DNA of 63,320 bases, filler included, from Bipalium vagum (Eukaryota), in assembly GCA_037834085.1 (NCBI GenBank). It is 3 parts of 3 records of this genome, joined end to end, with 100 filler letters (N's around TTAATTAATTAA, not from the genome) between each part and the next. Parts side by side here need not be neighbours in the genome. Positions count along the whole stretch, not along the records: positions 1 to 17,852 come from JBBMKC010048569.1; 2 more parts are not named here. One strand, written 5' to 3'. Positions 1 to 13,000 of this stretch are shown here, piece after piece; within the stretch, counting starts at the first letter, position 1; every line of letters starts with the position of its first letter. Position numbers and translations under genes: made by a program. Under the pieces are notes generated by a model. It did not search any database, was not told the origin of the DNA, and saw only the letters and a list, made by a program, of their open reading frames with translations.

Positions 1-78
1 ATTTTTATGTAATGTACATATGTTATAAATAAAAATTTTGCATTTTAAAAACGGCACGAATTTATTAGACAACCTAAC
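1..78 (+). mobile_element. Right end/TIR of a mariner element truncated by the window edge
   Basis: Ends ...gaatttattagacaacctaa, resembling the reverse complement of the ttagg(c/t)tgtcca TIR of the mariners at 4628 and ~31562. Confidence 0.45.
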
Positions 79-247
79 ATATAATTATAATTATGGATGT
101 GCTATTAAATATTAGTAATTCACTTTTATTAAATTTGTTTTACGTTACATGTTTAAAATCCAATTTTTTGGAGTGAGCCAATAAATATTGCTCTTTTACT
201 TACTTGTTCGTTAATTTAACTCTTATTCTATAATTAAATTCTAAGTA

Positions 248-1142
248 CAGGGGAACCCATAAGTCACTTTCCTATTTAAAAATTGAATAAAATTTTTGCG
301 TTTTAATAAACTACTTTATTGTTTCTAAAAAAATAAGTAAATGAGATTTTACTTTATTTATTTATAAAAAATGAAGTGGCTTAAGTAATACCCATTATTA
401 GTTTCGCAAGTTGATGCTCTTTGTAAAAATTTTCCTTGATAGCTCTTAGAACGTGTGGCTCTACTTTAATGTTGTTCTTAATCTGTTGGATAGTTCTGGG
501 TATGTTAACATACACACTGTCTTTCAGGAAACCCCAAAGGAAAAATTCTGGTGCTATTAAGTCAGCCGAACGTCCAAGCCACTGAAAATCTGACTTTAGC
601 GAAAATATTAGGAGCTATATTGTCTCCCTGGTAGTGTGAGCAGTTTCTCTATCATATTTCAAGAATGACAACTATTTCTGAAGGCACAAAATTTTTAATA
701 TTTTTCGATATCGGTTGCCTGTAACTGTAACTGTTTTTTTCGTACGGGTGCTTATTTTAATATCTTAGTAGAGCTGTAGAGAAGTTCTTTATACTCTAAT
801 CTGTCGATGTCTTCTAGTAGGTAATCAAAAATCTTGTAGAATAATGTCCAGTGCACAAGTAACATTTTTAAGAACATACAGAAATTTGTCTTTCACACCG
901 TTCTAAATCTGTAACAGAGCTGTCCAGATAATGTATTGTTGGTTTTGTTAGTGATTTTCTGATCTTGAAATATTTCATATTTATTCTCTTTTTGTTAAAA
1001 TAATGGAAATATTTTTGGTAATAAAAATCGATAAATTTTTATCTTTTGTTATATTGTATTTAATCTATTTTAAAAATTCAATTTCTCAATAAAAAGTTAT
1101 TATTCAATTTATAAATAGGAAAGTGAATTATGGGTCATCCTG
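248..1142 (-). mobile_element. Internally deleted Tc1/mariner-superfamily element (rosa/DD41D/DUF4817-like) with both TIRs
   Basis: ~45-bp imperfect TIRs (caggggaacccataagtcactttcctatttaaaaattgaataa / ...ttattcaatttataaataggaaagtgaattatgggtcatcctg) flanked by TA at 246-247 and 1143-1144. Minus-strand remnant WLGRSADLIAPEFFLWGFLKDSVY resembles the WPxRSPDLxPxDFFLWGxLK motif. Confidence 0.8.
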
Positions 1143-1669
1143 TAATAGAACTTGTAAATGCAAATCCAACAAGATCATGTACTTATGTGTTCTAAGCTTA
1201 TAAAAGTTATATAAGTTTTATATATTTTATTTGTTTATTTATATTTATATTTAGCAAGATATATTGTCGATTTTGTAGGTGCGGAAATAAATTTTTATCG
1301 CACTATATTTAATCATGCCAGTCTCACATTAAGATGGATAATATAAATTTAAAGTAAGGAATTGAAAGATATGCAGCTATGTTGTCGGTCTAGAATTAGT
1401 TTAAGCATTAAAACTTTACTGGTTCATTTTCATACATTGATAAGAATAAAATTAAGAGAATTATATTCTATACCAATTAATTTGTTAAAAGAAAAAAATT
1501 ATTTTGAACTTTTTTTTGCTTTTGGAATCATTTTCATTGTTGAGATTGAATATAGTTTTTGAATATTGATGTTATGTATATTGAATTCTAGCAGGTTTTT
1601 TTAAACAGTTGGTGAAAGCCTCCATAAAATTTTGAATCTCTTTTCATAACATTCTACAATCTTTTTCAG

Positions 1670-4600
1670 AGACATCGAATCCGATAAAGATAAAAATCTA
1701 AAAACCATAGCCAAAATACGAGATTCTTTGAGAAGGACCAATTTCGTAGATTTTTATGTTATCAAGGAACATTGGTATTCAGAATCACCAAAATCTACTA
1801 AATTGTCAATTGAAAAAGCAGAATCGATCCTAAAGGGAATGAAGTTTCCCTTATCCGGAGATTTGATATGTGAATTGCTTAATCTGTTTGTGTATTATGA
1901 GGGTTTTAAAATAATTTTATTTTCTTATAATAGATCAAAAGACTATCAATCAGATGAAGTTGACCTATGTAATTTATTAGCAATAATTGAATGGCAAAAA
2001 TTTCAACCTGACTATTATGATTCTATTGCCAGATTCCTGGATTGCGACAATTGGCTTACAAGTAGGCTGGACGAGCCCTTTGAAAATCAACTAAAAGTAC
2101 TTGACTTGATCAATTACCTTTTATTTTACCTAATATTTGGATGTTCTTATTATAAAATATCCTTCCACTATTACACTAATAAATAATCAAATCAAAGAAT
2201 TAAATCAACTTTTTAGATTAGTAGTAAATAATATACGTGATGTGGATAAAAAGTCCTTAGATTCTTACATACGTAAAAATGCTACTGAAACGAAACTTTG
2301 TATTTAGGACAAGTGAACTACATTTTTAAATAAACCTAATCACTTTCCTATATAACCACCTTCTGCTTCCAGACATTTTGTCCATCGATTTATCACAGAA
2401 AAGAGACCATTTTCGAAGAAAGTAGTAGGCTTTTCATTGAACAAATCTTGAACTGTTCGTATGAGATCATCTTTAGACTCAATTCTCTGACCTCGCAGAT
2501 GCTGCTTTAAGTGATGAAACGAAACTGGGAGCCAAATCAGGACTAAAAGGTTGGTGTGAAACCAACACAAAGCCTTTTTCTCGTATGACAATCGCAGTTT
2601 GGTTAGCTGTATGAACTGGAAAATTATCCATGAAGAGAAATAGGTCTTGATTCTTTGATCCGCACGTACTATTTAGAAAACAATAGCACAGCTTGTTTAA
2701 TTCAAAGTTCTTCATATGATAATAAGACTACAATATTATCGTTTCCAATTAAAATGATACTATTTATGCCAAATTTACTTTTTTCTAATAATTTTTTAAT
2801 AAATATTTTAATATTTTATTTTTCTAGATGAATAAGTTTCATCTATAGTAAAAATATTTTTCTTTAAATTGAGCTTACCAATTTATATAATTGTATCCTT
2901 CGATAGTTTAAAACTTAAATTTTATCTATATTTACAGTGTTTGTATTCTCATTTTAAAAATTTATAATTCAATTTTAAATTTTTGTAAGTTTTTTTCAAA
3001 TTTTTATAATTTAACAGTAATGAGTTTAATTAGACTAAGTACATTAATTTTAACAAACATTATTATTTGCAAAAGAAATATGCAATATATAGGGTGTTTC
3101 AGAAAAAATCTGGCAGGCTTATACATTCTATCTTTTTTTTGTACTTCCAATACGTATCACAATGTAGATTTAGTGTTTGAATACCAGTAATATTTGATGA
3201 CCTTTTTGTTTAATCAGACTAATTAAAATAAATATGTTTATTTCTAAAATTAATAGTGTACTTTCAATTTCTCAGTGCAATATCGCCAAGCATTTAAAAT
3301 TACTTCGCTCAAAAGTGCAAAATGTTTTAGCCAATTAACGTAAAACTTTGTTAATCGACAGAAAAAAGGCTTTTGGTTGCCAAAAATCAGATGCAGCAAA
3401 TAAGGAAGTTGCAAAAAAATTACAATAACATTTCAAAGAGATCCTAACGGTGGTGAATATTGTAGGAACGTCAACATCAACTGTTCACAGAAATAAAATT
3501 CGAGCTGAATTGAAGATATTTAAAGTGCAAAAACCACCAGACAGAGATGAAACTAAAGAAGAAGTCGCCAAAAAACTAGTTAGAAAGTTAAACGCTAATT
3601 TTTTTACGAAGTTTGAATGTTGCATTTTGGATTACGAAACAATCTATATTGAATATTTATTTATTAACGGTTTATTTCGTTTTGAAAATTTATTTTAAGA
3701 GGTTGTATATATAAATTAAAAGATGGAAAGCATACTAATATATTAAGGTCTTGAATTTAAGAAGATGCAACCATAGCTCTTGAAACATTAAGATTAAGAC
3801 TAAAAGAAAAGTTTGATAATTCAGTATGCGCAAAAGCAGTGTGTAATTAAATTGAAAGATTCTCAAATAGATGCCAACAAGAAGACATTATAAAAGAGCA
3901 TTGAATGGTGGATCGAAATTCACATAATTCATTTTAATCACGTTATCACAATATGATAAATTCGACCTGTTTTTCGATGATAACGTCGGTTTCAATATAT
4001 CCTTGCGCTCAAGAAAAGAAAGCAATTCATTGTATACATGAATTATGGTTACAAAATTTTTCTAAGTTGCGCTATGAATAAAAATAAAAATGTTCATTAT
4101 CATGCACAGACAAAATCATATAACACGAAACATTTTTGACGCTTATAGCCATTTAATATGAAAAAGAGAACTTCCTGAACATGGATCTGTGTAATCATTG
4201 TAGACAATGTTTTTGGGTTAACCATGGACACATCCCTGTTAACCCTGATACAAATTAAATGATAAAGATACTTTTTTTTAAAATGAGATTAAAAACCCTG
4301 TAATATATCTCAAAAATAAAAATATGAATTCAATTATAAAGCATTCTGACTGATTTTGATTCTACTTTTGTAGTGGAAGTCCTAAAAAACCCGACCAATC
4401 CTTTCACCTGCTCGAGATTACGTCTAAATATTTATTCACCAAAGAAACATTTTCTTTATCAATAACTTTTAGCTTAATTTTTGCAACCAGTTCTTTTCCT
4501 TAATTTATATAAAAAAATTATATTAAAAATTATATATTTAATATCTTCGTGGTGCAGATAAAAATTGTATAGACTCGTACAAAAATAAAATTAGGAACTC

Positions 4601-7600
4601 CATGAAATTTTCTACGTAAAGCAATTATTAGGCTGTCCAGTATGAAATGTCACATTTTAGTAATTAAAATTTATTAATTAAAATATTTGCCATTACTGTT
4701 TAAACACTCTTGCCAACGATATAAAAGTTTATTTATTCCAATTTGATAAAAATCAGGAGTTCTGGATTCAAAAAACTGGACTATGTTCTTTTGAATGAAA
4801 CCTTGGTCTCGGAAGGTTTTATTAATAAGAAAATCATTCATTTGTTTGAACAGATGATGATCTATTGATAACAGGTCTGGGGAATAAGGTGGATAAGGCA
4901 AAACCTCATACTACAAGTGATGTAATTTTTGTACAGTCATTTTAGAAATATAAGGTCTTGGGTTATCATAAAGCAAAATTATCCCCTTTCGACTTATCAA
5001 ATACGTTCTCTGTGCATGAGTTCAATTTCTTGACAGTACGACTGTGCTTTTACACCATGCAACATTAATTCTATCAGCTGCCTGAGATGCAATGTGTTTG
5101 AATTTAAACTCGTACAACATGCAGATGCGAATTTTTTGATCTACCATGCCTAAAAAGGATGAAAAATAGAACTTTATATTTCATTAATATTTTTACTTTT
5201 GCAATGAAAATAAACTATGAAATCTCCTCTTTAATTTGGTATATTTAAACAATATGTGCAATTAATACGTATTAATTATTTCAATTTGAAAATACAACAT
5301 TTCATGCTGAACAACCTAATAATACACTTATACAATCAAATAATATTGAACGTGATTCCATTAATAATCATTCAATGATAATATTTACGGAGCTTTCTTT
5401 AAAAATCTACCAGTAAGTTGACTTTTGAAGTGTTATTTGTATTTTGCTTCCAAGGAGAGCAGAAAAGAAAGACATAATTTTTCAGCTACACCAAGCATCT
5501 GAAAATTAAACTCCATGCAAGATTACTATTTATAGTTGGATCAGCGAATTTTCTTTTGGCATGAACAAGATGTTTGATGAAATATATGAACAATATGTTT
5601 GTAAAAATTAGAAGTTCAAAAAATTAAAAATTATTTTGAAAGAAAAGAAATCTATCATTCTGAGAGAGCTATCTACTAGAGTTAATTTAAACAAAACTTT
5701 ACAGAACATTCCGACTTTACCCTGAAAATCATGGAATCGAACTACTACTGCACACTCATGAGAATGTTTCAAAGAAGGCCAAGGAATCAAAACCCGCCAG
5801 TTCACACAGCTCACCAAACTATGGGTGTAATTTTTGAAAAAGAATTCATGATGGTTACATATTTATCGTACAGCCATTATTTGGCTCCTAGTGACTTTTT
5901 TATTCACTTAAAAAATATTTACGAGGACAGAAAATGGAGTGTAGCAAGGATGTCACAAAACTACTGAAAGAATTTTTTCAGTGAAAAGGATGCATCTTCC
6001 TTCAAAAATGGTTTCTTTTCATTAGTAAATTGATGGATGAAGTGCATGGAAGCAGAAGGTATTTATATATTAGTTTGAAGCATAAGTTCGTTCATTTTTT
6101 CAAATGAGTTTTTTGTCCCAATTCTGGTTATATTTAGCAAAGTATTATTAATGTTTTGAAAGCTAATTATTCATTATGTTTAATTTTGTTTTACTGAACC
6201 AATTTAAAATATTTACTTTGCGGATATTTTAAATTGAAATAGGAATTAATTGATAAAGATGTACATTACCGACACCTGATGCGTTTTGCCTACAATCGTA
6301 ATTGTAAAGCTGCACAAGCGGCTCGCGAAATTTGTGAGGTATATAGAAAATGACTCATAAGCTCACAGGCAGCTTAGAAATGGTTTGGGAAATTTAAGAG
6401 TGATAAATTCTCAATACAAGACAAAAGACATTCTGGGCGACCTATTGAATTTGATGAGGAGCATTTAAACGCACTTTAAAAGGCAATGGATGACAAAACA
6501 CGCTTAAGTTGGTCGATCAAATGAAATGCAACCAAATGATAATCTGTTGTCACTTAAAATCAATGGGTAAGTTCAAAAGATGGATGCGTGGATACCGTAT
6601 GAGTCTTCTGAAAACAAAAAACATCAACGCTTCACAGTTGCGGCAGATTTGCTTGCGCGTCATAGAAGATTGTCATTAGAGACGAGAAGTGGCATCTATA
6701 TGTAAATCACCGTAAAAAGGAAACATCGGGTAAGTACGAGGGAACCAGAAATGTGTAAAGTTAAGAAAGATCTCCATCTTCGCAAGACATTTATCAGTGT
6801 GTGGTAGGACTGAAAAGGTCTCATTAATTTTGAAATTCTATCTTATAATTGCACAATCAACCAGCAACTCTACGTAGATCAATTGCATCGCTTGAACCAA
6901 TTTTTTCAAAAGAAGTGATCTGATCTTCAATGGCCAGTAATTTTGCAGCACGACAACACACGATCACTCACAGCACAGCTAACAAAGACGGCTATCCAGG
7001 AACTCACTTTGGAGGTTTTGGCTCATCTACTATACAGTCCGGACATGGCTTCGTCAGATTTCCATTTTTCTTTCGCTTTTTAACCAAAAGCTCAATTTAA
7101 CATTCAACAATGAGGAGGATCTGAAGAATTGGCTTAAGAATTACTTTGATTCCAGACCAGCACAATTATGGAAAAACGGGAGCAACAAGTTGGTACAACG
7201 ATGGAAAAAGTTGTAAATGATGTAACTGGTTGACCTTTTTGTTTATCATGAAATAAGTGTCTATTTTTTCTTAAACTTTATTGACTAATAAATGATTCAT
7301 TTATTCTATATAAGTTTCATTTTAGTTTCATTCATATTTCTGTACAAGTCTTAGTCTCGTTGATATAAATACTAATTCCTTTGAATTCTAGTTCAATTAA
7401 TACATCAATATTCTCTTAATAATTCTAAAATCTTGGGAGTCGGACAATTCTTTGAATTTCAAGATGGTTCTTCTATCAACAATAATTTTTCTTATAATAT
7501 TGTAAAACATTCTAGGATTTTTTAATTTTCAAATTAATTATTTTAGATAGGAAGAATAGAATATGAAAAATTATTGATAGACATATTCAATGAACCTCAG

Positions 7601-7672
7601 ATTTCAAAAACTCATCCATCAGCCCAAAAAATGTTAGGTATCAATTGCAGTCAAAGAAATGAAGATATGTAA
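1670..7672 (+). CDS. Partial host gene, EFHB/CFAP21-like EF-hand protein (exons ~1670-1885/1891, 1934-2096, possibly 7547-7672)
   Basis: Acceptor tttttcag at 1669, short in-frame intron ending taatag at 1933, donor gtactt at 2097, phase-compatible acceptor ttttag at 7546. Peptide KNLKTIAKIRDSLRRTNF...FPLSGDLICELLNL...DEVDLCNLLAIIEWQK resembles the EF-hand region of EFHB as I remember it; not database-verified. Confidence 0.4.
2236..2900 (-). mobile_element. Decayed mariner (DD34D) fragment
   Basis: IFTIDET, MDNFPVHTA, HQPFSPDLAPS, RWTKCLEAEGGYIGK across frameshifted ORFs 2340-2715; TIR-like cgtgatgtggataaaaagtccttaga after TA. Confidence 0.85.
3090..3700 (+). mobile_element. Decayed Tc1-like (possibly DD37E) fragment
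   Basis: TIR-like tagggtgtttcagaaaaaa at 3090; ORF 3450-3698 STVHRNKIRAELKIFKVQKPPDRD...CCILDYET. Confidence 0.5.
4628..5319 (-). mobile_element. Internally deleted mariner with both TIRs and TA flanks
   Basis: TIRs ttaggctgtccagtatgaaatgt / acatttcatgctgaacaacctaa. N-terminus MVDQKIRICMLYEFK is joined to the C-terminal part (YDNPRPY, YPPYSPDLLSIDHHLFK). Confidence 0.9.
5390..6120 (+). mobile_element. Decayed mariner fragment related to the 2236-2900 copy
   Basis: QNPPVHTA, YSHYLAPSDFF, WMKCMEAEGIYI. Confidence 0.8.
6250..7230 (+). mobile_element. Near full-length decayed mariner transposase pseudogene
   Basis: HYRHLMRFAY...AAREICEVY, RHSGRP, WIPYE, IVIRDEKW, QHDNTR, YSPDMASSDFH with stops and frameshifts. 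Confidence 0.9.
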
Positions 7673-8239
7673 AAAAATCAAGCTCAAAATACAAATTATT
7701 ACATTATATAATTTACAAAATTAAGAAATATATTGTGGTCATTGTCAGGAATTTATTGTTATTATGAATTCTTTAATAACGTAATATAATCTTAAAATTT
7801 TTAAATATTCCTTCAAAAATTTATAAATTTTAAATTGATATTTTAATATTTACCAAGCAAGAGATTATTTGACTCCAATATCTTAAATCTGAGTTTTCCA
7901 CATAATAAACAAAGTCAAACTTCTAAAACTTTCATTAAATCGATAAGCAACAAACAGAAATTACAAAATCAATAACTCAAACTGAAACACAGAATATCGA
8001 TGTCTTTATACGCTTCTAACACACCCCGCATCTAAGTCGCAATCTTTCATAATTTCTCTATGAATATTTTTAATACTACGCCGCTTCCTCACAATAACAA
8101 TATCAATAAATAGATATACAAAATAATAGAAAATAAAGTAAAATGAATTAATAAAAGAAATATAAAAATCTATTATATTATTAGGCGATGGCATATCTCA
8201 TAGATTTTCCGTATTTTAAAACTTTAAAAATTTTCGATA

Positions 8240-8430
8240 AATTATATATAATAAAATGTTTCCTTCGTTTGTTAAATCTTTTTCTATCTTTCTGGTAAAC
8301 TTTCAATATCTCTTGTAAATTTCCTTTGGTTTTAACTCAAAAATTCATTCAAAACCGTCCTATGGATAGTTTCATAGACGACAAGGCAAATGGTAATCTG
8401 ACGGGCCAATATCCAGATTTTCCAATATTT
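8240..8430 (-). mobile_element. Short mariner C-terminal fragment
   Basis: DIGPSDYHL motif on the minus strand, abutting a Gypsy-like integrase remnant. Confidence 0.5.
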
Positions 8431-8439
8431 TTCGTGCAT

Positions 8440-11000
8440 TAGGTGTCCATGCATTAGGGAAACGCAGTCTTTGTAACATACGGGAATATTCCGGCATTGA
8501 CTGAATTATGCACTTCATGGATAATGCTAAGATTCTTTCCATTATATCTGACGATATCCCTTCTGTTTATTATTAACGTCATCTGCTGGCTGTTGAGCTA
8601 ATCGGAGTTGTATTGACCGCTGTACTTTATTTAATGTATTCATTTTCTAGATATTTTGAACTGAATTGGGGCCGGAGTTTTTACTTTAGGACAAATTTGC
8701 CAAAATCGTTGCCCTTACGCTGCATACTAGATTCTATAGGTACTGATACATATTCCTGATATTGTGTTAATATTTGATTCTGATAAAAGTTGTGTGTCAA
8801 TATCTATTGACCATTCACGGTTCTGAATGATAACTTGTTTCTCTAGTATTTTTCTTTAATACCATATCCTTACTATCCATTTATATTTTCAAAGTTTGTG
8901 TGAGCCTCTTTTGGTGCTTTTTGGATGAAGTGTGTATCGTGTCATTTTAAAGTTGATTGTACCTCAGTTTCTTGAACAATAGAGTTAAGATCAATAATAT
9001 CAAAAGGTTTTCTTACCAGTTCGATTAATGGGGATTCTGAAGATAAAACTTTAACAATATTAATTTTATTAGGATTACAACCATTATCAATAAGATATTC
9101 CTCATTATCAATAGATTTTCCAAAAATTAAAATTAAAGGAGTAAGATAAACTTTTGTGTCAAGAGCCGTCTCAATTTTTAGCTTTGCTCAATAAAGGGAT
9201 TTTATTATGTAAAACTCTATGATCATGCATTACAACTTTAAATTAAATTGGTGCACTTTTCTTTGATTGTCTCAGACTTTGACCATATTTATGGAGATTA
9301 GGACGTACTCTTTTTAAAAAATGTTATCTAATTTCTCAATTTATTAACTGTATTTTCCAGAATTTCAATAAATAGGGTTAACTGATTTATTTCGTCTAAA
9401 ATGATTTTTATTTCTGGGTTCTCCAGAATACTTATTACTAATTTCTGGCTCAATTGTAGTGGAATGTTGTTCATAAATATCGTGTTCCATAAATGACTCT
9501 ATTACTTTAATAAATGCCTATAAATCAAAAATATTTTGTTTATATAAGCTAAATTTTGAACTTGATATTTTGAATCGAATGAAAATTTAAAAATATCAAG
9601 CTTTTCACGAAATTAATTTTTTATATAATAAAATTTATTGATATCAGTAGTCTATACAAGAAATCTATGTTGGATTTGCAAAGGGATAAACCCTAAATTT
9701 AGAGATTATTGTTAAGTTTTTACGGGACGTGGGGTAATTGTATCCTATCTGAATCCTACTTTCGTAAAGGTAGTATATCAATCACAATGAATAAAGACAA
9801 ATATTTTTTAAAAACTTTTTTTATAATACAAATTTTTTTCAAGGTTTTTAAATAAACTTACACATTTTTAGCTCAAAAGATCATTGATCAAAATTACTAT
9901 TAATTAATCAAGATTTTAATCTACACAAGGAAATATGCATGCGCCCTGAAGAAAAAATATCGAATCTGATAACTAATTTATCAGACCATAATTGCCGGAA
10001 ATAAAAACAAAAAGGAAATAAGAAATGATTTAGAAAGACAGAAACGGGAAATAATATTCACGTTCTATTTATTAATTTTAATTAATTAAAGTGAATATGA
10101 TAATTCACTTACAATTTATTTCAATTGAATTGTGATAATCTCTTATTCTTTTATTGTTTGATATTAGTTATAGTTATAACAAACTAATTGGCAAATTTTA
10201 TGATTTTTCCCTGGGTATTATACTATTTCTCACTGTACCTTTTGTGTGCTGGTGTTAATGACGATTTTACTTATGCTGTTGAATGACGATAATTTTTAAC
10301 TGACGTTAAATTAATTATATTCATTAATTATTAATATTCATAATGTAATATTTTATTTATTTATTATTATTAAGTCTCTCATTATTAACATGTTGTGCTT
10401 TTTATCCAAAAACTTATTATTATTCTTATTACTATTTTCTTTATTATCATTACTCTTTTATTCTTTCTTATTATTTTTATTATTATTATAATTTTTATTA
10501 TTATTATTCTGAATTTTTTTTGTATTATTTCACATTTATTGTTTATGGTGACATCTTGTCACTTATTTCTCTGGTCTCCACTTAATCCTCTCTTATTTCT
10601 CTGATCCCCACTTTGAGGCTTATTTTTGTCTTAATCCCTTGAATCATGTAGATTTAATTTTATTATTAATAATTCATTTATTTTCTTTTTATTCAGGTTT
10701 CTCACGCTCCAGATCTTTTTCAGTTTTCCACTAACTGTCAATCCAAGTGGATATACTTCCAGGTTTATTTTTATTTTTTTATATTTCTATATTAATTATT
10801 TTGCTATTATTATTTTTTTTGAAATATTTTATTTTTTGTTATTATTAAAAAAAATTATTTATTTATTTGTTTAAATCAAAAATATTTTAATCACATCACA
10901 TAAATTAATTTTAATCACAATATTATAAAATTTTAAATGTCTTGAAACAAAATCAAAAATCCCATTGCTCTTGATACTGTTGAGCTGCAATATCTCTTTT
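8440..11000 (-). mobile_element. Heavily degraded LTR-retrotransposon (Gypsy-like) gag/pol remnant
   Basis: Integrase zinc-binding-like ILSIIHEVHNSVNAG near 8500; Asn/Lys-rich low-complexity gag-like tract at 10400-10600; many stops. Confidence 0.35.
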
Positions 11001-11046
11001 ATTTCCTTTTCTTCTTTATTTCTGATTTCCACATTATCAAAGGTTT

Positions 11047-11047
<1 letters not shown>

Positions 11048-11093
<46 letters not shown>
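11048..11093. repeat. (TAA)n microsatellite, ~15 units
   Basis: Directly visible. Confidence 0.95.
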
Positions 11094-11094
<1 letters not shown>

Positions 11095-11989
11095 TGATTA
11101 ATTAAGTTTTAATTAAAAGAAGTACTTTTAGGAAAGACTTAATAATAATTTATTTAAATATTATCTGGTCGTCTAGATAATGATTTATTATAAATAATAA
11201 TATTATTATAATAAAAGAAATTTTATCTTGCCGTTGAGATATTAAAGGAATAAATGTAGACTTAATGGGATAATAGGATAAATAGAATCTCAAACGTAGA
11301 GATTAGTGATCGTAGAACAACCTCTAAGGCTATATATGGCGAAGATTCATATCAGAAATTCGCACCAAAAAGATTGAGCATATTTTTTGTTTTTGTTAAT
11401 CCGAAGAAATTTTATTTTTCAAGTGATAAGATTCTCCGAAGAAAACTTATTTCTGTGTAAACAGTATTGATATACATTATGGTCAATACGCAACAGGATT
11501 TCACAATAGGACTCGTCGAGTTGGTTAGACCCTAGGTGACTAAGCAGAACCTAGAGGAAGACCCGGGGTTCCATTGTAACTCACGGTGAGAGAGTTCTTT
11601 ATTTTTTTATGTTTTAACTTAAATTTTAATTAATTGACATTTATTTGATTCTTATTTTATTGACGTTCTGATATTTGATTCAGGTGATTTATAAATTAAG
11701 TACGTTTTAATTCGATTATCAAAGATTTTTTATGGCCTAAACGTAAAGGAATTGACCTTAGCTATGTTTATTTCCGCAAGATATCACACAGTACAAGAAT
11801 TTTCCTATTAGACAATCTCTATTGTTTTATTTTATAATTTTTATTTTTATCCCTGGTTCTCAAGATGTCTATTATTTCTCTCTGACTCGATTGATTTTCT
11901 TTTGGTCTGATCGCTATGCGTGAAAAATTAAAAAGAAAGAAATATGTGATAATCTGTAGCCGAGATGTCTGGTTCATATGGTGATAAGA

Positions 11990-12260
11990 ATTATACTTTT
12001 TCTGCTAATCAAACTGAATCTTATTTTTGAAGAGCGCAATGTAAACTGTCTAATTGTTGGCAGTAACATTCAGAGTCAATAGTTTCGCCATTTTTCAAGA
12101 GTTCCCAATAAATAACTCCCAAGCAATCCCACCAAGCAGACAATGGAACTTTTTTTTGGAATAGGCCTGGTTTTGAGGTCGCAATTGGATATTCTTCAGC
12201 TGAAAAAATAAATTTTTCAGTTCAGATTAAATTGGATCTCTAATATATAGAATTTTTCTC
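11990..12260 (-). mobile_element. Mariner internal fragment
   Basis: KPGLFQKKVPLSAWWDCLGVIIWELLKNGETIDSECYCQQLDSL. Confidence 0.85.
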
Positions 12261-12379
12261 ATTGCCGTACCATTGCTTTCCTACTTTTGTAATTGTTCTA
12301 GTTCAGTTTACTTAGGAGTTTAGTAACATCGTAAGAAATGCTTCATTTCATCGACATTATCTATTGATATATCATACAT

Positions 12380-13000
12380 TTATTCATTTTGCTGATAGGC
12401 CAAATGCTTCTTTCTCATTAAATATGAGTGTTATTGTTATGAGCATATGAAATTCTTTTTCTTGTTCTTTGATTGTATCTATTTTAAGATATTCTTCTCT
12501 CGATATTGACTCTAAGTTTTTACTTGAGACATAGATATGTGCATTTAATGGTTTTTCAGTATCCTTTTGGGCTTCACTAACTACATTTATGTAGTTTCTT
12601 TGAGGCATAATGCATTTCTCTGTAAGTGTTCAAATCGATCACTTTATTTTGCCAACTGTATTAACCTAATTTCTCTAAGGAGAATTAAAATTTATCCTTC
12701 TATAAACTGTTCCACATTGTAAATATTGCAAATTTACTGCTCTACATTCTGCTGTATTATGATTATTTCTACCATATTTATTATTGTTTCGATACTGCAC
12801 CTTGTACCTTTATATGTAGTGTAAACATTCCTGTAAGAGGTTATATGGAATTCTATTACTACTGTTATTGGCCTTTTATGATTTATTTGCTTGTTCATTT
12901 TTAATGGTATTATAAGCCCTTGAACTGTTGTCCATTTGTTGGGACTTAAAGAATTGAATAGCTTTATTTTTTCTTTCCAGTGGGGATATCTATTGTTTTT
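12380..13000 (-). mobile_element. Degraded LTR-retrotransposon gag (zinc knuckle)/protease remnant
   Basis: GRNNHNTAECR knuckle-like peptide followed by a protease-like ...RNYIN segment; weak. Confidence 0.35.

Noticed and set aside
1279-1354. Apparent exon between ttttgtag and gtaagg
   Set aside because: Stops in all three frames
10395-10604. Hydrophobic 69-aa ORF as a membrane peptide
   Set aside because: It is the translation of (ATT)-rich low-complexity sequence, antisense to an Asn/Lys-rich tract
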